Part shown: positions 53,251 through 64,000 of the stretch, piece after piece
Position numbering within the stretch: position 1 is the stretch's first letter
How the letters are laid out: each line of letters begins with the position of its first letter
Notes under the pieces: model-generated
The model's database searches: none
Told to the model about the DNA's origin: nothing
Seen by the model: the letters and a program-made list of their open reading frames with translations, nothing else
Program-made: the position numbers and the translations under genes
Origin: Carcharhinus longimanus
Lineage: Eukaryota
Assembly: GCA_030264375.1 (NCBI GenBank)
Contig: JASCQW010000122.1
Location: forward strand, 27,607,615 to 27,671,614
Length of the DNA: 64,000 nt
Reading direction: 5' to 3'

Positions 53251-53333
53251 TCAATTACAGCTTACTAAATATAGATAAATATACAGCCTTAAAAGGGGGC
53301 TGTATATTTATCTATTTAATAAGCTGCAATTGA
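53251..53333. repeat. 83-nt near-perfect inverted repeat (hairpin)
   Basis: Arms tcaattacagcttactaaatatagataaatatacagcc and ggctgtatatttatctatttaataagctgcaattga; 2 mismatches, one 2-nt bulge, 9-nt loop. Confidence 0.9.
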
Positions 53334-54232
53334 TCATACTTTCTGGACTTAACCCATCTTCTTCAGTTGGATTATTGGAAGAGTAAAATGTCGAACTATT
53401 GCAGTTGGAAGACATTACTGCAAAATTCAACCTTCTATTTTGTAATCCTCCACTGTTTAGGAACATCTCTTCTGAGCTATAAATTTATCTTCCCTGTGAG
53501 CAGATTTGATGTATAAAATGCAGACCAAATCCATAGATCATAGGTCACCTCTGTAAGGGGTCAACCTATGGCAAGGAGTTCATGCCTGGTTCTGGTAACT
53601 ACCTAAAGTTAATTTGATACCACATAAATATCTGTAATATACTTCAAGAAGCCACTATGTACAATCCATCTTCACTGTAAACAAGGTCCTTGGAAACAAA
53701 TTTTTTTGTATGTTTTAATAGGTGTGTTACAGTAAAACATGATGTGGCAGGAAATGAAAAAGAGAACTAAGATTTCTCTATTTCTACAGAGACTATGTCA
53801 GACGAAGAGCTTTCCAGTTATTTGATATTATTGTATAGGGATTAAAAGGTGGCTAGGAACATGCTATAATAATCATTGTAATAAGTAGAATGGATGGCAT
53901 CACAAATCCTAGAGAACGTTCCCTACCAGGCTTGTTTCCTCAGCATTAAATTCTCATTGGGTGGACCATTTTCTAGGCTAAATCTCATGAAAATGTGGCT
54001 GCTGCCAAAGTGGCAGCAAATGAATCGCCAAGGTACCCTAAAGCAAGCAGGAGTGTGTCCTAATATCTATTGCAATACTATTGGTCCTTGGGGGGGGGGA
54101 GGAGAGGGGTGGATGGTGGTATCGCAGCTTGCNNNNNNNNNNNNNNNNNNNNNNNNNNNNNNNNNNNNNNNNNNNNNNNNNNNNNNNNNNNNNNNNNNNN
54201 NNNNNNNNNNNNNNNNNNNNNNNNNNNNNNNN

Positions 54233-54460
54233 GCCTTTTTATGCAGTGAGTGGTTAGAATCTGGAATGCATCATCTGAGTCTGTGATGGAGGCAGGGCCA
54301 GTCGTGGCTTACAAAGAGAATTGAATAACTAGCCAAGGAGAAAAACAGTGGCAGGTCTATAGGGAAAAAGCAGGGAGTGGGAATAGCCCAATAGCTGAGA
54401 CATCATCATAACATTGGGCTGAATGGCCTCCCTTCGTGCTGTATTCATTCTTTGATTCTA
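54233..54460 (+). mobile_element. CR1 3' end
   Basis: gagtggttagaatctggaatgc...gggctgaatggcctcc...gtgctgta...ttctttgattcta. Confidence 0.75.
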
Positions 54461-54498
54461 TAAGACAAAACACCATATAACAGTAGACAGCAAACAAA

Positions 54499-55270
54499 GG
54501 GCCCAATTTTACCGTTGCGTCGTGCCCGTTTTCGGGCGCAAAAACGTGGTAAAGTCGGGTGTGAGGCCATTAACGTGATCCACACCCGCGTCCGCGCAGA
54601 TTGCCACTTTACTGAAACCCAGTAATGGCGGCAATCCAATTCGTGCCCAAAACGGGCGCAACGGCAATTTAAATGTATTTGCATGCATTTCAATTGAATT
54701 AATGAACTCAGCATTTCCCCCTTTACTACCACGTTCGCCAATCCGGAATCGCGCCAAAATGAACCTGCTGAATAAAAGTCAGAATCGGGCGCTCCAGCTG
54801 CTGAAAAGGCACATTCAGAGCTTCCAACGATTATCTGACTCAGATTGGTGGTGAGGGGGAGCAGGGAGGTGGGTCAGATCATTCCCTGATTGAGGTGGGT
54901 CAGATCATTCCCTGATTGAGGGGTAGGGAGGGGAGTGAGGCCAGATTGTTTTTTGTTTTGGGGGTAGGGGGAGGGGAGGCATGGCCTGTGATGGGGGTAG
55001 CGCTGCTGGCCAGCAATTGAGCTGGCCAGCAGTGGGAGGCCAGCACTGCAGGGCTATTACACATGCGCCGATCTCCGCTACAACAGATCAACACATGCAC
55101 AGTGGCCCACTCAGCGCTATGCTTCAGGCCTCTCCAGTAGGCTTCACCCGCAGCTTTTTAATGATATTTAATGGGATTCATTTTGAAAGTCCTGCTGCAA
55201 ATAAACAGTGGATTCACTCCAATTTTTATGCAAATTCAACACTTCGAATGTTTTTGGCAGAATCCCACCC
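54499..55270. mobile_element. CpG-rich MITE-like element with imperfect TIRs
   Basis: GGGCCCAATTTTACC...GGCAGAATCCCACCC; many intact CpGs; perfect 26-bp tandem duplication at 54866-54917. Confidence 0.65.
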
Positions 55271-56867
55271 AGATATTTTCAGTCAATCATGCTTCTCTAA
55301 ACTTTTCCCAGTCTCTGTACAAAGTAAATAGTTAGGCATTTGTTCATAAGAAAATGGATTCTTGGACATGTTATTGTGATTACTGATTGTATTAGAAGTT
55401 AGCAAATACTTGTTAGCAAACATTTTGCAAAAAGGTTTTCACCACCTCTCTGGTCCCTATAGCTAAAGTCCCACATTTAGCAAATTTTCAAAAAGTCCCT
55501 CTTCACCCAGTTTTTGCTTCTTCCTTGAACACCTATTCTACATGCACTTCTCTTTCTCTTTTGCTCTTACATTACTTCAGCTTAACTTTCACATCTGCTT
55601 CACGCATTTACCTTACTCCCTCAGTTTGCTTTTCCTACATCTGCTCCATTTTTTTTCTCTTTCCTATGAATATGCAACTCGTATGAATGTCATTCATTTC
55701 TTTCAAGAGCATTACATCAGACTTCCACATTACTTAACTGGCTGGGTGGCAGCCATAAATTATTGATGTTGGGGAATAGGTGTAACCAGGATTCAGAATA
55801 CTCAGAGGTCTAGAAGAAGGGGCATTATGTTGGAGGAGAGCAATTTGAGCCACATTTATATGTAGATACGTAAGGTTTTGGGGAGTTTATTTGTTTATTA
55901 TATGGCTTTACTGACATCTTGGTGTTCTATACATAATAAAAGTTACTGCAGGGTACATAACTCATAAACATATTATAAATCAGATCATCAGCATAGAAAA
56001 ATAAAAGTATCAGCTGAATTGGAATGGAATGGGACTCAAAATTTATGATAAATATGCACAAATTTTACTTCATAATTCAACTCAGAAATATAATTTTTAA
56101 AACCTTCATAAATGTGGTAGGTATGAATATAGAGTAAAATGTAACAGATAAACTGTATACTATAAAAATTTTATGATCAGAAAACCTTCTTTCAAAGCAT
56201 ACCATCTGTGAAATATCTATGAACATGAAAATATAGACAGCTAGCTTTTTCCTTAAAAGTGGAGGACTATAAGATCCTTCATTTCAGGTTTATTATGCTT
56301 TCTATGTCTTTCCTCATTTTTCATCAGCTGCATTAAGTATTGATATTGATTTCTTGTAAATGTACTAAAAGGATGGCTAGCAGTTTTTTGTTATTGTTCT
56401 GCAGTACTTGTATGTAATTTATTACTGCTGCAACCAATGCCGGATCTTAGTGCACAGTGTAAAACATCAGCTTTTTCTGATGCAGTAACAATCAACAATT
56501 TGCTTTTGTTAAACACCAATCTAATTTATTGTGCAAAACATAAATTACTGGTAACAATTTAATTCTGTTATTGTCACTTACCATCTAACAATCAAATTTC
56601 CACATATGTATCTATTAAAAACAAATAGCAAGATCACAAAATAATATATTTGGCATATACAAAAAGGCCTTGAGGATGCACTGCAAATATTAGCATATGA
56701 ATCCTTACAACGTATAGAATTATTTTGTCACCTTGACTCTATGTGTATGCCAATGAAAGAAGCATAGAGTTATTTTATGTTCCTATATATAAGATCAGGT
56801 TTGCAATATGTTATGTTTTCCATTGAGGCTGATAACTTTCAAAAATAAATTTGAACTTCCAGTTTTA

Positions 56868-58020
56868 ACTGAATGGTGACCAGAATTGCACATAGTATTC
56901 CAAGTGTGGCCGTACCAATGTCTTGTACAACTTCAACAAGACGTCCCAACTCCTGTATTCAATGTTCNNNNNNNNNNNNNNNNNNNNNNNNNNNNNNNNN
57001 NNNNNNNNNNNNNNNNNNNNNNNNNNNNNNNNNNNNNNNNNNNNNNNNNNNNNNNNNNNNNNNNNNNGTCCCAACTCCTGTATTCAATGTTCTGACTGAT
57101 GAAACCAAGCATGCCGAATGCCTTCTTCACCACTCTGTCCACCTATGACTCCACGTTCAAGGAGCTATGAACATGTACTCCTAGGTCTCTTTGTTCTGTT
57201 ACTCTCCCCAGTGACCCACTATTAACAGAATAGGTTCTGCCCTGGTTCAATCTACCAAAATGCATTACCTTGCATTTGTCTAAATTAAACTCCACCTGCC
57301 ATTCGTCAGCCCACTGGCCCAATTGATCAAGATCCCATTGCAACTGGAGATAACCTTTCTCACTGTCAATCATGCCACCAATCTTGGTGTCATCTGTAAA
57401 TTTACCAACCATGCCCCCTTAATTCTCATCCAAATCATTAATAAAAATGACAAATAACAGTGGGCCCAGCAATGATCCCTGAGGTACACCGGTGGTCACG
57501 GGCCTCCAGTTTGAAAAACAACTCTCTACAACCAACCTCTGGCTTCTGTCAAGAAGCCAATTTTGCATCCATTTAGAAACCTCACCCTGGATCCCGTCGG
57601 TACCTTGTCAAAGTCCATGTCGACAACATCAACTGCACTGCCCTCATCCACCTTCTTGGTGACCCTTTCAAATAACTCAATCAAATTTGTGAGACATGAT
57701 TTTCCACTCACAAAGCCACGTTGACTATCCCTAAGCAGTCCTTGCACCTCTAAATGCCTGTAGATCCTGTCTCTCAAAATACCTTCCAACAATTTATCCA
57801 CCACGATGTGAGGCTAACTGGCCTGTAGTTCCCAGGCTTTTCCCTGCAGCTCTCTTTAAACAAAAGCACATTTGCCACTCTCCAATCTTCAGGCACTTCT
57901 ATCGATGACTATCGATGATTTAAATATCTTGGCTAGGGGACCAGCAATTTCCTCCCTAGCCTCCCTCAATGTCCTGGGATATACCTCATTAGGTCCCGCA
58001 GATTTATCTACCTTGATGCA
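56868..58020 (-). mobile_element. CR1 ORF2 RT fragment
   Basis: GFVSGKSCLTNLIE, KFTDDTKIGG, WQVEFNLDKCKVMHFG and LVRPHLEYYVQFWSP. Confidence 0.95.
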
Positions 58021-58129
58021 TTATTTACTTCTGGCTTGAGCTGTTCCAAAATCCTGGGTCTCCGGTGGGTGTTGTTATGGCAGTAATCACCATCTCCTTG
58101 GTGGTGCAGCTGAGTAAAAGACCTGCCTA

Positions 58130-58614
58130 TCTCTCAACAGTTGGCAGCTCTTGGTGGGCTGGATTTCATACCTCTAGGGCCTAATCCTGCAGAGGTCTCA
58201 CCGGTGACCTCTCAACTGCCTGACTGGTTCATGATTCAGCAAGCCTTCCCCAAAGGGAGCAAAATGGGTCTCCACTCGACAGGCGAGACCCGGTCTCCTC
58301 CACAAATTGGGGAGACTGGGGAGGTCCAGGTCTGTGACAAGGGATGGCTGGGGCTGGCCAGCAATTGAGCTGCCCAGCAATCAGGCGACTGACAGTGTAA
58401 GGTCACTGCGCATGCACAGAGGCCTGCTGTTTTCAGCATCCTGGGCGGGAATAGGCCCCATCCCCTGAAATCTAATGATATTCGCGTTGGGGGCCTCTGT
58501 AGTACACACAGTGTGGGAGATTCTAGTCTGAACTCCCACTTAATAAACCAGGGTGAACTACTCCAGTTTTCCCGTGAACTCAACAGTTAGAACGTTTTGG
58601 GGAGAATTCCACCC
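58130..58614. mobile_element. GC-rich MITE-like fragment
   Basis: Ends GGGGAGAATTCCACCC; shares cactgcgcatgcacaga with ~14915. Confidence 0.6.
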
Positions 58615-59147
58615 AACAATCTTACGAAATCCATAATTGTAGCAATACGGCCTATGCACTGGAGCTGGGTGTGGAGACTACAGGGTTTAAGCAAATACTC
58701 AATTCTAACATCAAACATAAATACCTTGGAACTCAGAGGCCCAAAATTAATGTGACAAGACTGGGGAAAAGGAATTGAAGAGTTTGAAGGCCTGCGTGAA
58801 TCTTTATTTTTTATGTGGAAACAATTATGCATGCTATTAGTACTGCAAAACAATGCCATGTATATTTTTGGTTAGTATTGTTTGTTTTTAAGCTGATGCA
58901 GGTTGTGAAAAGAAATCTCCTAGGCAACACATTAACTAGATAGAAGCTCCACTATCTTCAACCCATAAATGCAAATTAGATATGTTATGGAAATAATTGA
59001 TTGCGTCTGCCGTAAGAGGGATCAGTGTGGAAATACAATGAAGTTCTTTTATTCTAAAGTCCCACTGTCTTCAAATTATATTAACAAATTTAAAATATTA
59101 GAATGATGTACAACAGTGCAATTTAAATTACAAATTGCCTCCTTGCA

Positions 59148-59542
59148 ATTAGCTTCAGTTTATTGGTAGCACTCATATGTCTGAAAAAAAAAGTTCAATC
59201 TCTGCTAATTACTTGAGCACACCCAAGGTTGTTCTGCATTGCTGAGGTGCTGTCTTTTGGATAAGAAATTAAGCTGAAATCTGTTTGACTGCTCAGATGG
59301 AGCAAAGGCAGTTCATGGAATAATTCAAAGAAGTAGTTTGTCCATTGTCATTTTTCCCTCTGCCAACACCATAAAACAGATGATCTTGCATTCATTTAAC
59401 AGTTAAGAGGCCTTATTCCCTACAAGTTGGCTGCCTGTGTGACAAAGTAACTACATTTCAAACATAATCAATTGGTTGTGGTGATTGGGATATTCTGCCC
59501 ACATGAGAAGGCACTGTGCTTATAAAACATTGTTCTTTCTTT
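59148..59542 (+). mobile_element. Deu-domain SINE (old, near full length)
   Basis: ggtagcactc head, ctgcattgctgaggtgctgtcttttggat core and an L2-like tail ending ttctttctttt. Confidence 0.65.
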
Positions 59543-60934
59543 TCAATGATTGAAAGTTTTCAAGGCACACAAAAAAACTATCTAATGTATGTTTTGCAGT
59601 TTTATTGGTAACCTAAAGACATGCAAAATGTAGATTCCTTACACTTTTGACAGGGATAAAGAATTTGAATGAGAGTTACTAATAACCAAGTTTGACAATG
59701 TCTAATTGTATGGTAAAAGTTCCAAGCCCCACCACTGTAGTTTATTAGTTGTAACTCTGATTCAGGAGTCGCTTTCAGTTTTACAGTATTGTTGGACTAG
59801 GTTTAGTTATACAGGGTTAAATTTTACTTAATTTGGGAAGTGCCAAAGTAAGTCAAAATCAGTGGTTGAGATGTTGCTGGGGAAGAGACAAGGAGCAGAT
59901 TTAACAAACTTACACTTTCAGAGAACACTTTGCAGGGCACGAGAATATTGGGAATGTGGGAGCCAATCATCAGTTCTGCACGTCTCAAATTTGATCCACC
60001 TTTAACATTTTGTAATCGCTACCACACTGTCAATTTGTGAACTACAGTTCATCCAGTCAGGTCAGGCATTGTGTCAGAGGGCACATTATAAATAAATTTA
60101 AAGAGTTATTTTATGATAAGGATCCCTTTCTTTGTGAAATTTTAGAACTTATTTTTAAAAGTGAGCTTTTGTCCTAATCACGGGAAAGATTGGGAGAAAT
60201 TACTGAGAATGATGTAGGGCATGTTTTATTTATTGAGGTGACAAGTTAGCAGTTTAGTTAATTCAACTGCATTAATTCAAGAGTTCATTTCTTTCCCTCT
60301 TTTGCACATAGAAGAATGTATAAGTTTATTTGTTGTGCATTTTCAGAGCTGGCATGTTACATTTAGCAGCCAATCAGGGAAAAAGACTATAATGACTGTG
60401 CAGAATCACCTATTAACTCCCTTGATAGACACGTAAACACTATAAATAACACTTAATCTATCAATCCAGCTTTGGAACATATGGAGGCAATAAGGTGTAG
60501 AAAGTCTCTCATCGCTGATGAGGCAATATAAATCACTATGAACACCACAGCCTAAATTTTCCAATTGGGATCATCTGATTTGTGACCAGAGGGAGAAATT
60601 GGGCCAATGTTCCTGTTCCTGCATCCGGGGCTACTGGTTTTCTTGTAAAGAGAAAATACAGGAAAATCAAGCAAAGTGGAACAAACACCCATAAGGGAGC
60701 CTATCCAATTTTCAGCCTATTTAAATTAAATTAATGGACAGAAAATCGATCAAGCTCCATTAGGGGTGTGTAATCTACCGACATCGATTTTTCATCTATT
60801 TAAATTATCAGACAGAGTTGGCTCCTTTAGGGTCATGCACACTTCCCTGCTGCTATTCACTGACCCCAAGCCATCCAGCAGCACAAGGCACAGAAATACT
60901 GCTTCAGACTACATTCATATGATTGTTTATGTAT

Positions 60935-63900
60935 TGTGATGGCCACAGGGTTCATCCATAGATCTCCCCATGCGTCTCATTGAATATGAGCTCCCCTATT
61001 AGGTGAGTGAAGGCTTGCCCAATATGGAAGGAGCAGCTAGCGGTTTAAAACCAGCTGGCTCTACTCAGGCTAGCAATCAATAGACTTAGAAATCACCTGC
61101 ACTATGTGATGCTGCACAGTGTTCAGATATCACTGTAAATAAAAGGGTAATTATGACGGAAGACTGGCCTTGGCAAGATTATTAAACTGGCGACGAGGAG
61201 TAAAGCAAGTTTATTCTTTCCTCCGGACCATCTTTACTATCGAGACGAGTAATCCTCCAGTAAGAAACATGCCTCTTATTGGGAAACTTGAAGCCCATAT
61301 TGCAAGCATCGAAAAGTGGGCCCAGTACACAGAGCACACATGTAACTTTTTTTGGACCATAAGTATTGAGGGAGGCGAGAAGTAGAAAGTGATCCTATTG
61401 ATAGCATGTGAGGTTCCAACCTTCAGTGTAATCGAAAGCCTGGCCTATATGAATGCCCAGACGCCAAAACCTTTAATGATTTGGTGGATTTTGTTAATAG
61501 CTGTCATGACTCTAAACCTTCCATAACACTCCAGTGATATCATTTAACATGGCAGGGTGAATCTGGGGGAACCTGTCACTGGATTTATGACCATGCCACG
61601 AAAATTGACAGAGCACTAAGTTCAGGCCACCTCTGGTGAGTGATGCAAGATAGTCTGATCTATGTAATTAAGAAGGTGGCAGTCCAAACAAGTTATTGGC
61701 AAAACCCAATTTGGATCTAAAGAAGGCTATTGAGATAGCTCTTTCATTGGAAAACTGTTTTTAGGAACTACAGAGAATATCAGATAGCAATATCCTTCGA
61801 CTGGGGAGAGGGGCCTCATGCAACGTCCATCCCTCAACTGAGAGCAAAGGTATCAGAAAAATATCCCTGGCAGTGGTGGAGCCCAGGCAGTCAACGGAAG
61901 TGAGGGGCAGACTCCGAGGGAGTATATTCCAGAAGGTTGTAGATGCCAGATAGCAGACTGTCAAATGCTGCAGAAGACCACAATTGAGGCTAAGAGATAC
62001 GAGTGGTCAAAACATGTGCTATTTCGAGAAAACACCAAGGCTAGTGCTGGACCATACAGTACAGACAGGCCACATCCAAAGATAAAGCAATTAAATCGCA
62101 TCTCTATGTCAAAGGTTGTCCCCATAATGGTGGAGTTGTTAGTAAATGGCCATCCATTAAAAATGGAAGTGGATACAGAAACTGTGGTCTCATTATGAGG
62201 AGCATATTTATAATTGCCTCTGGGCTGGTATTCAACTTCTGGCCACCTATGCAGGAAAACCAGTGGAGATAAATGGACCATAGTAACTTGTGGCAGCAGT
62301 TGGCTCAACTTTTATTCATCATTGTACGGGGACAAGGATCAAGCCTTATGGGAATAGATTGGCTCCAATGATTCAGATTGAACTGGCTAGAGATCTTTAG
62401 GCTAGGCACAGGCGGACGGTACAAAGACATCAATAAGTACCCTGCAGTCTTCCAAGAAGGGCTTGGGAAAATAAAGGTAGCCAAAGCTAAGATTTTCATC
62501 AACCACAATGCTATACCTAAGTACTTTATAGTGAAACCAGTTCCACATTCCCTAATGGAAAAGGTAGAATGAGAACTGGAATGTCTGGAAAAGTTGGGCA
62601 TAGTAAGACCCATAGTTTGCAGAATGGGCTGCACCTGTCGTTCTGTCCTTAAGCTGGATAAATCAGTCAAACTTTGTGGAGATTATCAGTTTACAGTTAA
62701 TAGGGTTTCTAAATTTGACAGATGCCCCATGCCCTGGATCTAAGACCTGTACACCCAATTAATTGGGGACCAAACATTTTCAAAGTTGGACATAAGCCAA
62801 AGTGCATCTCCAACTTGAATTGGACGAGCCTTCCCAAAAGTACCTAACAATCAATATGCAAAAAATGAGCACATTCGTCTACCTTTGGGCTCTCATCTGC
62901 ATGCGTCATTTTTCAATGAATCATTGGGAATATGCTCCGAGGAATACCTCAGGTAACAGTGTACCTGAATGATGTCTTGATGACAGGAACTTTGAAGCAC
63001 AAACACCTATACAAATCTGGACAAAATCTTACGGTGATTTTCAGATGTCAGATTATGCCTTAAAAGGGAAAAATGTATCTTCCAAGCAAGTGGATTGATC
63101 TACTGGGCTATCAGGTGGAAGGCAAAGGCTTTCATCTGGTGGAAGACAAGATGAGGAAGCATTAATTCCAAAGAACCCCACTGAATTGTTATCCTTCCTG
63201 GGATTAGTGAATTATTACGTAAAGTTTATTCCAAATTAGCTTCCTTGCTGGCCCCCATGGATGCCCTGTGGAAATATCTAAGGTGGTCTTGGATGGTGCC
63301 ACAGCTAGAGGCTTTCAATAGATTAAACAGCAACCTTTGTCCTCTAATTTATTGATTCACTTTGACCTTATCTTGATATGTGATGCCGTTCCTTAAGGGA
63401 CTGGGGCAGTACTAGTACATCGCTGGAGAGATAGGGTAGAGAAGCCTATTGTGTACGGATCTAGGACCCTCTCGGACACTGAGTGGAAAGGTATTCCAGA
63501 TTGAGAAACAGGGATTGGCAGTTGTTCTCAGCATTATAAAACTCCGTCAATCTTTCTATGGTAGATGATTTTTCAGTGACTGATCATAAACCACTCTTGG
63601 GACATTTTAAAGAAGACAAGGTAATCGTCCCCATTGCCTTCGTCCTGATACAGTGTTGGGTCTTGTTACTGGTGACTTATGAATACCTCCTAGAGCATTG
63701 GCCCAGGATCTGGATAGCTTATACTGATGCAAAGAGTCGTCTGCGATTGGTTGGGAGTTCAACTTCACCATCAGCTATGGAAGAGGTTGTGATGACCCTC
63801 AATTTGTTAAACACCATCTGGGAATATGCGAGGCAAATCAAGGCCTGGGCACAAAAGGACCTAGTCCTGTCTAAATTAAAAAACATAATACTGTATGGGG

Positions 63901-64000
63901 GATTCACAGGACAGCCCTCAGATGAAATGAAACATTACTGGATAAAGCAAAATGAGCTCAGTGTTGAGGATGGCATCAACCTCTCTGGGATTTCCGCGTA
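60935..64000 (+). mobile_element. Ty3/Gypsy (Mag-like) LTR retrotransposon #3, degenerate, runs off the window
   Basis: 5' LTR ~60935-61186; intact PBS TGGCGACGAGGA (61188-61199); gag MPLIGKLE (61269); protease MEVDT; RT LCGDYQ and YLNDVL; RNase H CDA...GSRTL; TDHKPL. Confidence 0.92.

Noticed and set aside
56943-57092. Repeated gtcccaactcctgtattcaatgttc flanking a gap
   Set aside because: Same gap-overlap artefact, inside a CR1.

Overview
Repeat-rich, largely non-coding vertebrate genomic DNA from a gapped scaffold with many N runs. The repeat content (HE1/V-SINE, Deu-domain SINEs, shark-type CR1, L2 and Penelope elements) points to a cartilaginous fish, probably a shark. This is inferred from recalled repeat consensus sequences, not from a database search. 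I found no intact host protein-coding exon; the ORF-track entries I could assign are transposon fragments, ORFs running through N gaps, or chance ORFs. Main contents: three decayed Mag-like Ty3/Gypsy LTR retrotransposons with a tRNA-Ser(GCU)-type PBS plus solo LTRs; several CR1 LINEs; an L1-clade LINE split by one Gypsy; L2 and RTE fragments; a Penelope RT/GIY-YIG relic and short Penelope terminal fragments carrying hammerhead-ribozyme motifs; two frameshifted PIF/Harbinger transposase relics missed by the ORF track; a family of GC-rich MITE-like elements; and TE-poor AT-rich tracts that may hold conserved enhancers. I do not see a demonstrably new biological system. The best leads are the nested insertion stacks with readable TSDs, local templated duplications, the Penelope hammerhead fold-back, the Harbinger/MITE pairing, an 83-nt hairpin and a candidate RFX/homeobox enhancer.
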